The position numbers and the translations under genes are program-made. A DNA stretch of 53,270 bases, taken from IMG/VR virus record IMGVR_UViG_3300037264_001837, positions 1 through 53,270 of that record; one strand, given 5' to 3'. This document shows, piece by piece, positions 27,356 to 37,066 of the stretch (position 1 is the first letter of the stretch; the number at the start of each line of letters is the position of its first letter). A model generated the notes under the pieces. That model searched no databases, was not told the DNA's origin, and saw nothing but the letters and a program-made list of their open reading frames with translations. This DNA comes from a virus. Its lineage: Duplodnaviria > Caudoviricetes.

Positions 27356-29713
27356 CTATCCCTTCCCGCCAAGCATCTTCTGGAGTCGGTCCACGTTCGC
27401 GCCGAGCACATTGAAGATCGTATCGGTTCCTGGTCTCGATGCTATCACCTGGAGCGCGGCGTCTCGGTCCGAGACGTTCACGATCGACAGGTCCACCGGC
27501 GACGCGACCGCTTGGGCGGCCGGAGCCACGAGGCCGCCGTCGGCGAACCGCGGGGTCGGAGGCACAGCGACCGTGATCCGCGGGACCGGGTAGCGCGGTG
27601 CCTGCAGGCGCCGGATCTGCTCCATGAACGCGGCGCCGTAGTATCGCACCGCGGCCGCCGGCTGCACGAACTCGCCGCGCGAGAGCAGGGCCCGGATCGA
27701 GTCTGAGGTCTCGGTCCCGGGACCGTGGACCAGGCCGCCGGCCGCGAACCCGATGCCTCCGAGCAGACCGCCCAGTAGCCCCCCGCCGCCCTTGCCCTTC
27801 CCGCCGCCACCGAAGAGACCGGCCGCGATCTGCTCCGCGGCCATGCGCTTGAGGGTGTCGATCCAGTTCTTGAGCAAGTCGTCGAAGCCCTTGTTAACGG
27901 GGTCGAGCAGGATGTCGACGAAGCCTGAGCGGAGCGACTCGGTCGCCTTCTTGCCCTCGTCCGCGATACCCTTCGATGCCTTCTTCCCGCGCTCGCCCAT
28001 CTCGTCGAACTTCTCATTGATCCGATCAATGAGCACGGACTCCTGGGCTCGGACCTCTTCATTCACGGTGGCGAGTTCACGGACCCTGGCGATCTCCGCG
28101 GCCCGCTTCTCGTCGAGCGTCGCCAAGCTCTCTACGAGCTTCTCGGCTTCCTGGAGATTTTCTTCCGCCTGCTTCTGGCGCTCGCTCTCGGAGGCAATCA
28201 GCTCGTTCAACCGCACGAACTCGGCGCGGCGCGCATCGTCCTGGATCGTTGCCGCGTCCTGCTGGACCTTGACGCGGTCTTTCTCGGCCGCGGTGTTGGC
28301 CTGGGTCAGGGCGAGCTGGTTCCGCAAGCCGGTGAGGGTCTTCTCCTCTTCCTCGCCTCGCTTCCTGATATCGTCCAGTTCCTTCAGCTTGTCGGCCTCC
28401 TGTGCCAGGACCAGGAGCTTGTCCTTCGTCCGCTGCGAGAAATCCTTGAACGCGCCACTCCGATTCTGCGCGAGCACGGTCTCGACCTGCGAGAGCTCCC
28501 TGGTCCCAGTGATCTGCCGTTGCAGATCCTCGATCGCCTTCTTCTCTAGGTCCGCCAGCTTGGCCGCTTCGTTGGACTTCGTGCGCAGATTCCCCAGGTC
28601 GCCTGCTGCCTGGACCACGGCGGCCCGCTTCGCAGCGGCCTCAGTCGCGGCCTTCGCTACCTCGTCTTCCCGCGCTTTCTCTTCTGCGAGGATCTGCTTG
28701 TGCTCCTGGCGAATCTTCTCAACCCGGGAGCTCTGGCCCGCGATGAACCGCTCGAATTGCCCCTCGAGGCCAAGGGCCTTGATGACTCGCACGCCCGCGT
28801 CGATCGCTACGAGCTCGACCGCGAGCAACGCCTTCTTGCCTTGGTCAGCGACCCGTGTCCACGCGGCACCAAGCGCGTCGAGGATGCCCTGGAACCCGCC
28901 GCCGCTCTGACTCCCGGAGATGAACGCGGCGAGGACATTGTTCAGCTCAGGTAGGACCGCTTCCGCAAGCTGCCGGGCAAGTCCGGTGCTCGAAGCCTCG
29001 AGCAGCAAGAGCTGGTCCTCGAACTTGTCCGCGTCCTTGGAGAACTGAGTCGAGATTTCCTGCCCGAGATTGCGAGCCACCTGCTGCGTCGCTTCGATCG
29101 CGGCGCGGCCTTGGTTCATGAACGGGACCAGCTTGGGACCGATCCGCTGGCCGAAGATATCGGCTGCCGCCGCAGACTTCCCAGCCCCGTCCTCGAACTT
29201 GCTGAGCGCGTCGCTGATGTCCAAGAACTGCTGGTCCGGGCTCTTCTTCGCCAGCTCGTCGAAGTCCAGCCCGAGGCCCTCGATCGTGGCCCGGGCCTTG
29301 GCCCCCTCGGCTCCGGTCGCGGTCATGGTGTTGGTGAGGCCGCGTAGGCCTAGCTCCAGGTCCCCGATTGAGACGCCCGCGCCCTTGGCCGCGAGCTCCA
29401 ACGTCGACAGCTGCTCCGAACTCACCCCGGTCCGCTGGGCCATCTCCTCGAACGCGGCCGCGGTCTTGATTGCCTCCCGGGTGAGCTGGATCAGGGCCGT
29501 AGCCGAGGCTTTGGCCTGGGCCGCCACGAACCCAGCGAGGGCCTTGGTCACATCGGAGACGATCCGACCGACCTTCTGCCACTCGGTGACGATCTTGTCC
29601 GTCGAGGTCTTGGTCGCGCGCTCCGCGTCAACGAGCCCGGCGATGAGCTGCGTGACGTCGCCGCCCAGCTCGACGGCCAGACGCTCGAGGATCTGGTCGC
29701 GCCCGAGGGCCAC
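27356..29713 (-). CDS. tail tape measure protein
   Basis: long Ala/Glu/Lys helical protein after the chaperones; A..TG.S.E.L, FA.GG.V.GPGT.TSDSI.A.LS.GEFV. Confidence 0.93.
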   Translation of the reverse strand: MALGRDQILERLAVELGGDVTQLIAGLVDAERATKTSTDKIVTEWQKVGRIVSDVTKALAGFVAAQAKASATALIQLTREAIKTAAAFEEMAQRTGVSSEQLSTLELAAKGAGVSIGDLELGLRGLTNTMTATGAEGAKARATIEGLGLDFDELAKKSPDQQFLDISDALSKFEDGAGKSAAAADIFGQRIGPKLVPFMNQGRAAIEATQQVARNLGQEISTQFSKDADKFEDQLLLLEASSTGLARQLAEAVLPELNNVLAAFISGSQSGGGFQGILDALGAAWTRVADQGKKALLAVELVAIDAGVRVIKALGLEGQFERFIAGQSSRVEKIRQEHKQILAEEKAREDEVAKAATEAAAKRAAVVQAAGDLGNLRTKSNEAAKLADLEKKAIEDLQRQITGTRELSQVETVLAQNRSGAFKDFSQRTKDKLLVLAQEADKLKELDDIRKRGEEEEKTLTGLRNQLALTQANTAAEKDRVKVQQDAATIQDDARRAEFVRLNELIASESERQKQAEENLQEAEKLVESLATLDEKRAAEIARVRELATVNEEVRAQESVLIDRINEKFDEMGERGKKASKGIADEGKKATESLRSGFVDILLDPVNKGFDDLLKNWIDTLKRMAAEQIAAGLFGGGGKGKGGGGLLGGLLGGIGFAAGGLVHGPGTETSDSIRALLSRGEFVQPAAAVRYYGAAFMEQIRRLQAPRYPVPRITVAVPPTPRFADGGLVAPAAQAVASPVDLSIVNVSDRDAALQVIASRPGTDTIFNVLGANVDRLQKMLGGKG

Positions 29714-29716
29714 GGC

Positions 29717-30468
29717 TCACCCAGCCTTCTCGTCGGGGGGCCGGCGAGCGGACCGGAACGCGGTCAGCATCCCCATGGCCTGGTGCTCGTCGAGCGCCCG
29801 CACCTTGGCCTCGGGGATCTTGGACTTCTGGGGATCCCAGTTCCGGAGCTGGCGCATGAACCGGGTCAAGCTACGGACCCCGTTCTGAGACCAGGTCCCG
29901 GCGATCGCCACGTTCACCGCCTCGACCATGTCCGCCTGCTCCCGCATCTGGCTCCTCTGCACCTCGCCGAAGTAGAGGTCGAGCTGCCGCCGGGTGTACT
30001 CGGTCAGGGCGAGGGGATCGTGTCCCCGTTCGACGAGCCGGGCGAAGACTTCGGCCCAGCCGGGTTGACGCGTTCCGCGACCAGGAGCCGGACGCTCCTG
30101 AGGACCCTGCGCGCGAAAAAACCCGTGTTCACCCGCCAGAACGCGAGCTGGACCGCCTCGCCGTCGAGCTCCGGCAGCGCTTCGATCTCCTCCCGCTCGA
30201 GCCCGGTGCTCGCGCAGAGGACGGCGTAGAACTCGTCCGGGTAGTCCTCGCCGATTCCGAAGATCCGGTACGCGTCCGCCTCGGTGATCTCCGACGAGGT
30301 GCAGCCCCGGGCCAGGGCAAGCGCCAGGGGCCGTATCTTCGGGCCGAGCCGCATCGCCTGGCCGAAGCGGATCTCCCGGACCGTGACCTTTCGTCCGGAC
30401 TGGAGCATGACCTCCACGTCCGGGAAGAGGATCTCGGCCTCGGCGTCATGCTCGAGCGGCTCGGCCAT
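29717..30468 (-). CDS. tail assembly chaperone gpG (30004-30468) and -1 frameshift product gpGT (to 29717)
   Basis: lies between the major tail and TMP genes; in-frame G GGT TTT slippery heptamer; -1 frame open through W...L...GH....EYT..Q. Confidence 0.85.
30118..30124 (-). other. programmed -1 ribosomal frameshift site GGGTTTT
   Basis: acG GGT TTT TTC in the gpG frame; no stop in the -1 frame until 29717. Confidence 0.85.
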
Positions 30469-30471
30469 GGA

Positions 30472-31320
30472 TCAGGTCCCTAGGGCCGGGTATTCCTCAG
30501 GCGGGACCAGCGACAGGTAGCCGAACTGGCCCAGGGCCGCATCGACCAGCTTCGTGGTGTCGAGCCGGGCGCTGCCGGTGATCGTGAAACCCTGGACGGC
30601 CTCGCCGATCATGGCCAGCTCCGTGCCCGCCGCGAGTTCCACATCGTAGAGGCGCAGCACGTGAGGCATCGGCCGCTCGTTCCCCCCGGGGGCTGGGTCA
30701 TGGACCGCCGCGGTGTTCAGGCCGAGGAACAGCACCTCGTGTCGGGTGCCCGCCGGGATCTTGAAGAACGGGACTCGGACCCTCTCCGAGTAGGTGTAGT
30801 CGACCAGGAAGGGCGCGGTGTACGGCCCGCCGGTGGTCTTGTCCAGGATCCGCAGCGCTCCATGGTCCTCGGCGACCACGTACTGCGACGCGGGGAGGGT
30901 GTTGGCCGCCGAGTCGGTGATGATGACTCCGCTCACGCCTTCGTGGGCGAGCTTGACGACCGAATCGACCGTCGGGTTCCCGATGTCCTCGTTCGCGACC
31001 ACGCCCGCGGGATCGTTGACCTCGAGACCGGAGATGGCCTTCGCCAGGTTCCGGGGCATGAAGCGCCGGAAGGCGAAGCTGACCGCGATGCTCCGCTCGG
31101 TGACGTTCCGGATCGCCACGGACCGCTGGCCGGACCAGGTTTCCTTGGTCTCCTCCGCGGTCTCGGCCGGCGTGACCGAGAACGCCTCGAGATCCCCCAC
31201 CCACAGGCCGTCGGCCGGGTCGTCCCCGTCGGCCTTGTCGAAGCAGCCCTTGGGGCCGATGTAGAGCTCGCCCTGGCCGGAGAAGTACAACGGCTCGGTG
31301 ATTGGAGACAGATCCGGCAT
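30472..31320 (-). CDS. major tail (tube) protein
   Basis: YFSGQG..Y, E..E.WSGQR, NLA.A..G, F.GLNTA, D.TK..D..LGQFG. Confidence 0.88.
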   Translation of the reverse strand: MPDLSPITEPLYFSGQGELYIGPKGCFDKADGDDPADGLWVGDLEAFSVTPAETAEETKETWSGQRSVAIRNVTERSIAVSFAFRRFMPRNLAKAISGLEVNDPAGVVANEDIGNPTVDSVVKLAHEGVSGVIITDSAANTLPASQYVVAEDHGALRILDKTTGGPYTAPFLVDYTYSERVRVPFFKIPAGTRHEVLFLGLNTAAVHDPAPGGNERPMPHVLRLYDVELAAGTELAMIGEAVQGFTITGSARLDTTKLVDAALGQFGYLSLVPPEEYPALGT

Positions 31321-31334
31321 GTCGGGACCTCCTG

Positions 31335-31799
31335 CTAGGCCCTCTCGGAGGGCGCTCCGTACCTACGATGATAGCCGACCAGGTACAGCACCTGCACGTA
31401 GGTACTGCGGACCTGCAGCCGGGCGAACGTCGTGCGGCCCGCGTAGCGGATCCCCTCGGGCGCTAGGCCCCCCAGGGTTCGATCCGGGCGCTCTACAGCC
31501 CGCTGGATGTCCTCGACCAGGGCCTCGATCAGCGGGCCCGCGGCCTCGCCGTCGGGGACCGCGAGCTTGCCCTCGATCAGGATTTCCATCTGCACCGCGA
31601 CTGGCTTGCCACTGGACTTGAACGGGACCGCGGTCTCCCGGTGGCAGAACGCAGTCAGGCCTAGCTCATCCTCCTCTAGGTTCACGCGATCGTGCTTGAC
31701 GATCGCCCCGGAGTCGGTGTGAAAGCCGCCCGCGATCGAGATCGTGGCGAGCCGGGCGATCACGGCCTCGATGATCTGCTGGGCGATCGGCAGCGCCAC
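31335..31799 (-). CDS. tail terminator
   Basis: I....ARL..I..A.GF.TD.G pattern; directly upstream of the major tail gene. Confidence 0.75.
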   Translation of the reverse strand: MALPIAQQIIEAVIARLATISIAGGFHTDSGAIVKHDRVNLEEDELGLTAFCHRETAVPFKSSGKPVAVQMEILIEGKLAVPDGEAAGPLIEALVEDIQRAVERPDRTLGGLAPEGIRYAGRTTFARLQVRSTYVQVLYLVGYHRRYGAPSERA

Positions 31800-31802
31800 G
31801 GC

Positions 31803-32330
31803 TCAGGAACCCCCGAAGCGAAGACGGACCCGGGCCCGCAGGCGCGCCCGGAACCCCGGGCCGTTGATGCGCTTCTCGAACGGGATCCGCAGGTATCCGG
31901 CCTGGCCGATGAACTTGCGGGCCCGGCGCTTCCGGCCGCGGCCCCGGAATCGGCGCGGGTTGTCGGGATCGGCTCGGGACCCTCCACCCGGGCTGGTCCC
32001 GAAGACCAGCTCGTTCTCGTGGACCCGGAACGCGTAGCCCACGTCTTCGCCCTGACCTTCACCGGACCCGGCGGGACCGCCGAATCCGAGCAGGACCCGG
32101 ACCCGGTTTTCCTCGAAGATCGGGAGCTGGACGTGGCCCGACGCCCGCAGTGTGCCTGTATCGACCGGGGTCAGGAGCTTCGCCTCGCGCATGACCTCTT
32201 CGGCCTCTTCCAAGAGCGCGCCGGCCAGCGCCCGCAGGTAACGCCCCGGGAGCGCGCGATACGCGGCGGAGAGCTTGTCGAGCCCCACCACCCGGGCCTC
32301 CCCGATCTTGGTCTTGGGTCGCGTCGCCAC
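31803..32330 (-). CDS. HK97 gp10-like tail completion protein
   Basis: AK.LTPVDTGTLR.S, YA..VHE, GQA.YL..P. Confidence 0.85.
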   Translation of the reverse strand: MATRPKTKIGEARVVGLDKLSAAYRALPGRYLRALAGALLEEAEEVMREAKLLTPVDTGTLRASGHVQLPIFEENRVRVLLGFGGPAGSGEGQGEDVGYAFRVHENELVFGTSPGGGSRADPDNPRRFRGRGRKRRARKFIGQAGYLRIPFEKRINGPGFRARLRARVRLRFGGS

Positions 32331-32350
32331 GCTTGCACCTCCCCCTCAGT

Positions 32351-32995
32351 CTAGCGCTCGCGCTCGAAGGCGAAGGACTCGATGTCCTCGCGGCCCAGCT
32401 CGGACTCGAAGAGCGAGTGCTCACGCAGAACGAATCCCGCGTCGCGCATCCATTCGACCAGGCCTTGCCGAGTCCAGTACCAGACGTGCTCCGCGGGCTT
32501 GAAGTGCTTGGACCTCAAGAGGTGCCCGAGGCCCTTGTAGATCGGCATCGAGACGAAGACCCAGCGCTGCACCCGGTCAACGATCTTGCGGGGCTCGGGG
32601 ATATGCTCGAGCGAGTCCCAGAAGCTCGCGGCGTCGACCGGAGTCAGGTAGGGGTCCCACCAGATCCGACGGTCCCGCAGCCACGAGATCGCCTCTTCCG
32701 TCACATCGAAGCCGAAGGCGTCGAAGGCCGCGACGAACGAGCCGCAGCCGATCCCGACATCGACAAGAGGCAGCTCACCAGAGAAGTGCTCCCGAACGAA
32801 CTGGACGCGGCGGGCGGTCAGCGCCTCGCCCATGGGCGTCGCCGCGAGGCGCCGGTAGTGCTCGAAGTAGTCGGCGGCCTGGGCCGATGCCCGAACCGGG
32901 TACCAGCCCATGCCGAGGCTCTCGAGCCAGACCAGACCCTCGCGCATTCCCTGGAGGAAGACCGGGTCCAGGGGCGAGTCTCGATCAGGCTGCAC
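32351..32995 (-). CDS. class I SAM-dependent methyltransferase (glycan/small-molecule type)
   Basis: VDVGIGCG motif I, GFDV, FWDSLEHI, H..P.EH.WYW. Confidence 0.8.
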   Translation of the reverse strand: MQPDRDSPLDPVFLQGMREGLVWLESLGMGWYPVRASAQAADYFEHYRRLAATPMGEALTARRVQFVREHFSGELPLVDVGIGCGSFVAAFDAFGFDVTEEAISWLRDRRIWWDPYLTPVDAASFWDSLEHIPEPRKIVDRVQRWVFVSMPIYKGLGHLLRSKHFKPAEHVWYWTRQGLVEWMRDAGFVLREHSLFESELGREDIESFAFERER

Positions 32996-33905
32996 CCGCC
33001 ACCGCCTCTCCCCGCGCGCCCGGGAGGCCGCGGACCCAGGCCTCCAGTCTACCGCCGAAGTCCGGTACGTCCTTGGCGCACGCATGCCGATTGTCCCGGC
33101 ACCGACAGTACGGCTCGGGCAGGACCCAAGTCAGCTGGTCGGCCGGCATCCACCGCGGATCGACCACGATCTCGGGCGCGTTCCAGCCTCCCGCGCCCCC
33201 ACCCAGGATTAGACACGGGGTCCGGTAGCAGACCGAGACCGGGACCAGCCAGCCGACCCCGCCGACGACTGCGGCCGCGATCCGGACCAGGCCAAGGAGC
33301 TCCCGGACTGCCAGCTCCCCGCGATGCAGGTTCAGATCAGCGGGGGGCGGGTCCCCGACCAGCCACTCGGCCTTGTCCTGCAGGTCGGCGATCGACGCGA
33401 CGAAGAACCCTGCCTCCCGCAGCGCGGCCGCAGCCTGGGCCAGGTACTCGGGCTTAGGGTTCCGGGCCGGGTTCGCCCATTCGGCCCGGACCGTCGCGGG
33501 CCGGACCACAGCCACCGGGCGCCCGGCCGCAGCCGCCAGGACGCTCGCCGGCGGGTCGAAGGCTGGCAACTCCATCGACGCGATGGGCGCGCTGCTCGCT
33601 GTCCAGGCCATCGACGCGAGCATGGTCTTGCAGCGGTCGAGCCTGGAGTTGTACTCGATCCGCAGGAACCGAGTGCCGGTCGGTGCCACGGCCCAGCGCC
33701 GACCCTGCTGCCGGGCGAGATTCTTCCCCTGGGTCCGGAGCGTAGTCTCGACCGCCACGAAGCGGACCCGCGGGATGTCCTCGTAGAGCTCGGGCCACGG
33801 GGTCAGCAGGTACACGTCGGCCCGCGCAGCCAGGGCCCGGACGATCGACCGTTGGTACACGTTGTCCCCGAGGCCCAGCATCCCCTTGACCAGGAACGCG
33901 CTCAT
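32985..33905 (-). CDS. GT-B glycosyltransferase, GT9 (heptosyltransferase)-like
   Basis: GLGDN N-terminal motif, TPWPELY, RNP, L..L.GL...A..VVG. Confidence 0.75.
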   Translation of the reverse strand: MSAFLVKGMLGLGDNVYQRSIVRALAARADVYLLTPWPELYEDIPRVRFVAVETTLRTQGKNLARQQGRRWAVAPTGTRFLRIEYNSRLDRCKTMLASMAWTASSAPIASMELPAFDPPASVLAAAAGRPVAVVRPATVRAEWANPARNPKPEYLAQAAAALREAGFFVASIADLQDKAEWLVGDPPPADLNLHRGELAVRELLGLVRIAAAVVGGVGWLVPVSVCYRTPCLILGGGAGGWNAPEIVVDPRWMPADQLTWVLPEPYCRCRDNRHACAKDVPDFGGRLEAWVRGLPGARGEAVAGAA

Positions 33906-34594
33906 AGGCCCAGGGCCTCATAGGTCGTGAACGCGAAGCCCCGGACCGCGCTCGCCGGGTTGGCGTTCAGCACCCGCACCCCGGCCGGCAACTGGCGCGC
34001 CCCCTCGTCGAAGTACCGGGCCCAGCGCTCGAAGATCCCGGACGCGTAGATGCTCGTCCACGGGTAGCCGTTGTGCCAGTGCCGGCTGGCCTTCGCCGTC
34101 GGCGGCGGGACCATGTCGAAGCCCAGCAGATAGACTTCTCGGGCCCGCTTCAGCAATGCGACGTTGAGGCCCGCGTAGCCCGAGTTGGCGCCGTTGACCA
34201 CGAGCCACGGGTCAGAGCTCCAGGCCCCAGCCTCTTCCCAGGGTCGGCGCCGCAGGTAGACCGCCCCGGGGATCGGCTCCCGGTGGAATGCGTCGTCGAC
34301 CGGGAAGAAGAGCTGCTGCCCGGTCTCGCACCACTTCCGGAGCCGGGGGTCGTACTTGCCGATGAAGAGCCCGTCCTGGGAGCACGTCGCGTGGCACGGG
34401 ACCGCGTCCGCCGTCTTGTTGATACCCAAGACCCAGCCGCGGTCAACGAGGCCGCCCATGGCTTGCTCCCGACCCCGGAGCGACGGCCCGCCCGCCACGA
34501 TGAACACCGGTCGCTCGTCCCACCACGGGGGGCCTACCTGGCCGAACGCGACCTTGACCGGGCCCCATTGGACAGGCACGGGCTGGCGCTTCAC
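33902..34594 (-). CDS. Maf/MptE-like (GT-A-like) glycosyltransferase-related protein
   Basis: IVAGGPSL, G.N, NSG..GLN.A, YLLGFDM, HWH, N.NP.SA..F. Confidence 0.7.
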   Translation of the reverse strand: MKRQPVPVQWGPVKVAFGQVGPPWWDERPVFIVAGGPSLRGREQAMGGLVDRGWVLGINKTADAVPCHATCSQDGLFIGKYDPRLRKWCETGQQLFFPVDDAFHREPIPGAVYLRRRPWEEAGAWSSDPWLVVNGANSGYAGLNVALLKRAREVYLLGFDMVPPPTAKASRHWHNGYPWTSIYASGIFERWARYFDEGARQLPAGVRVLNANPASAVRGFAFTTYEALGL

Positions 34595-34597
34595 GGA

Positions 34598-35041
34598 TCA
34601 GCCGCCGCTCTCGCCGCCATCGCCGATGTCATGGATCCGGAACTTGGCCCAGTGCGGCACGTGGTCGGGGTCCTGTTCGACCGGTTGCTTGCTGGCCTTG
34701 CTGGTCCCGGTCAGGATCGGCGGGGCCGCGATCAGGGACTCGGACGCCGCGGCCACGGGGAACTGGGCTTTGAGCGACTCGAGCAAGGCCTTGTATCCCT
34801 CGATCCGCTGGCTCAGGGACTCGCTCGCGTCCGCCCGGGTCCGGTCGGTGAGGCGGGCGTAGCGGGCGAGGACTGCTCGGACGCAGTTGATCGCAGCCAG
34901 CTCCCGGGTCGCGGACAGGGCCAGCATCGCCGCGATCTCTTCGTCCAGGAGCTGCGGGTCCTCGACGTTGGTGTCGCCGATCGTGAAGCGGACCCAGTCC
35001 CGGTCGTTGGTCGCTGGGTTAGCCGAGTAGTTCCATGGCAT
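34598..35041 (-). CDS. head-tail adaptor
   Basis: W.Y...P.....D.VRF.IGDT.....L.DEEI. Confidence 0.8.
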   Translation of the reverse strand: MPWNYSANPATNDRDWVRFTIGDTNVEDPQLLDEEIAAMLALSATRELAAINCVRAVLARYARLTDRTRADASESLSQRIEGYKALLESLKAQFPVAAASESLIAAPPILTGTSKASKQPVEQDPDHVPHWAKFRIHDIGDGGESGG

Positions 35042-35465
35042 CGGGATCACCCCCGCCGGCCGCCAGCCGTTCGGCTTCGTCCCGGCTCAGGGTCCCTTCG
35101 TGAGTCGCCTGGTCAGCCTCGTCGACCACCACGTACCGGCCCCCGCCCCGGTGGACCGCCCGGAGCTTGCGGGGGGCCGGCGGGGGCGCCCCGGAGGGCG
35201 CAGGCGGGGGCGTCCCGGGAGCAGCCGGAGGGCCGACGAGCGGCTTCCATCCCGGGGGCGCGGTCATGTAGCCGTCCGCGACGTACCTCGCCAGCTCAGC
35301 CTCGGCGATGATCGTCCGGGCCCGATACATGTTCCGTCGCGCCCGGCCGGTGATCGAGGCCGGAACCTCCGTGCCGGGCGCCAGGGTCTTGCCCTCGATC
35401 GTCAGCTCGTGCCGGACGAATAGGCGCGCCTTCGGGTCGTAGTCCGGACGCGAGCGCCACTGCAC
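35019..35465 (-). CDS. hypothetical protein after the capsid gene (Pro-rich linker, H.GGG.Y motif)
   Basis: GGAG RBS; typical post-capsid small gene. Confidence 0.6.
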   Translation of the reverse strand: MQWRSRPDYDPKARLFVRHELTIEGKTLAPGTEVPASITGRARRNMYRARTIIAEAELARYVADGYMTAPPGWKPLVGPPAAPGTPPPAPSGAPPPAPRKLRAVHRGGGRYVVVDEADQATHEGTLSRDEAERLAAGGGDPDAMELLG

Positions 35466-35544
35466 AGCCGCTCCAAGCCCCGGCCCGGAGGCCGGCGTCA
35501 GCCGATCGGGAGCCCCCGTGTCAGAGCAGAGGCGGCCCCGCGGA

Positions 35545-36579
35545 TCAGACGATGATCGAGTAGAAGAAGTATCCCAGGTCCGCGGCCACGACCTTGGGCT
35601 GGGTGTAGTTCTCGATCTCCACCCGGAACGAGGTCTTGAGCGGCATCTCGAGCCGCTGCAGTCGGGTGCCCCGGCTGCTCAGCCCGTCGACGTTCGCGTT
35701 GCGCAGCGTGAACGTGTAGGACGCGCTCGCGGTGTAGCGGCCCGGCCGGGGCGTCACGTAGGCGAGCAGCGCCGAGTTGCCGCCGAAGAAGGCGTTGGAC
35801 TCGGCCTGGCCCTTGGCCGCCGCGTTCTCGATCCCGGACATGACCAGCACGCGCTCCACGTGGAAGATCCGCGCGAGATCGTTCTCGGTCGCGACCGCGG
35901 ACTGGCCCGGGGTCGCCCCGCCCTTGATGAGGTCGAGGATGTCGGGGTGGATCGCCAGGGCCTCGAAGACCCCGAAGGTCAGGAGCAGGGTGTTGGCCCG
36001 CTTGCCCGACCGCGCCAGGCGGGTGCGGCCCTTGCTCATGTCCTTCAGCGGCTTCGAGGTCGGATCGTTCCACCGCAGGATCTTGTTCAGGGTCGCGCTG
36101 GTGGGATCGAAGGTGGCGTCGGGAGTGGCTCCCGAGTTCACGCCCTCGGCCAGGAAGGACCATGGGGTGCCCGGTGCGGTGCCAGCGAGCAGGCCGTCGG
36201 CGAACATCCCCTCCCGGTGGATCAACGCCTTCTGGGTGACGAAGTCCGCGGCCTCCTGCTCGGGATCGAGCACCTCGTCCGCGTCCGCCGACTCCACGTA
36301 GTCGGTGTCCTTGTGGAAGGCCTTGCGGGTGATGTTCAGGGGGTCCCGGGAGAGGCTGTAGCCCGAGCCCTCGGACTCGGTCGACGGGGCCCGGGGCTTC
36401 ATCTCGTCCCGGTTCCAGTCGCCGCGGTTGAAGACCACGTAGTTTCCGGACCGGTCCTGGGTGTATACCGCCGGCGCGAATCGGTCGGCGACGAAGTTCG
36501 CCTCGTCCTGCATCCAGCCGACCGACATGTCGGTCAGGGTCTTGTCGGTGTGAAACTCTGCCCTGGTCGGGTTCGGCAT
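35545..36579 (-). CDS. major capsid protein
   Basis: D..LT..S..W.Q..FVAD..P.V, R.P.TES, ends V.ADLGYFF..I; GAGGAG RBS; follows the cement and scaffold genes. Confidence 0.9.
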   Translation of the reverse strand: MPNPTRAEFHTDKTLTDMSVGWMQDEANFVADRFAPAVYTQDRSGNYVVFNRGDWNRDEMKPRAPSTESEGSGYSLSRDPLNITRKAFHKDTDYVESADADEVLDPEQEAADFVTQKALIHREGMFADGLLAGTAPGTPWSFLAEGVNSGATPDATFDPTSATLNKILRWNDPTSKPLKDMSKGRTRLARSGKRANTLLLTFGVFEALAIHPDILDLIKGGATPGQSAVATENDLARIFHVERVLVMSGIENAAAKGQAESNAFFGGNSALLAYVTPRPGRYTASASYTFTLRNANVDGLSSRGTRLQRLEMPLKTSFRVEIENYTQPKVVAADLGYFFYSIIV

Positions 36580-36638
36580 GGCTGCTCCTCTACCTGGTCC
36601 TCAGTCCGTTCTGCTCAGTGCTGCCCTGCGCGCCCGGC

Positions 36639-36998
36639 TCAGACCGAGTGCTGTGGCTTGACGATGATGGTGAAGAGGTCGTCCAGGACCGCGGCCTGCT
36701 TGGCCTCGCCGGCCACGGCATCGCCCGTGCCAGCGACCACCGCCTTGCCGTCGGTCCCCGGGGTCACGAGGTCGCCGGCCGCGATGGTCCCGCCGGCCTG
36801 GGCGAACGAGACCCCGCCGACCGCGACCGCGCAGACCTCGTCGAGTACGGGCTTGTCCTGGTTCACGCCGGTGATGTGCCCGCCGGCCGAGGGGACCGTG
36901 ACCTTGCCGGTCGACTGGAGCTTGACGAAGCGGTACTGCTTCGCGGACAGGTCCACGCCCGCGATCTCGCTGGTGGTCTGGAGGTTCTGCTCACCCAT
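36639..36998 (-). CDS. capsid cement/decoration protein (DUF2190-like)
   Basis: DLS.KQY.FVK, GV.Q.KP, AGG.IAAGD.V....GKAV. Confidence 0.85.
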   Translation of the reverse strand: MGEQNLQTTSEIAGVDLSAKQYRFVKLQSTGKVTVPSAGGHITGVNQDKPVLDEVCAVAVGGVSFAQAGGTIAAGDLVTPGTDGKAVVAGTGDAVAGEAKQAAVLDDLFTIIVKPQHSV

Positions 36999-37066
36999 GG
37001 GGATCGGCTCCTGTCCTGGCTCCTGGTCGGTTCCTGGTCGTCGTCTCGGTCAGCGGTCTGGCCGGC

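Noticed and set aside
35466-35544. Hairpins after the capsid gene (ccggcc-tccg-ggccgg on the minus strand) as an intrinsic terminator
   Set aside because: No U-tract follows; it may be a stabiliser, but GC-rich hairpins arise easily by chance.
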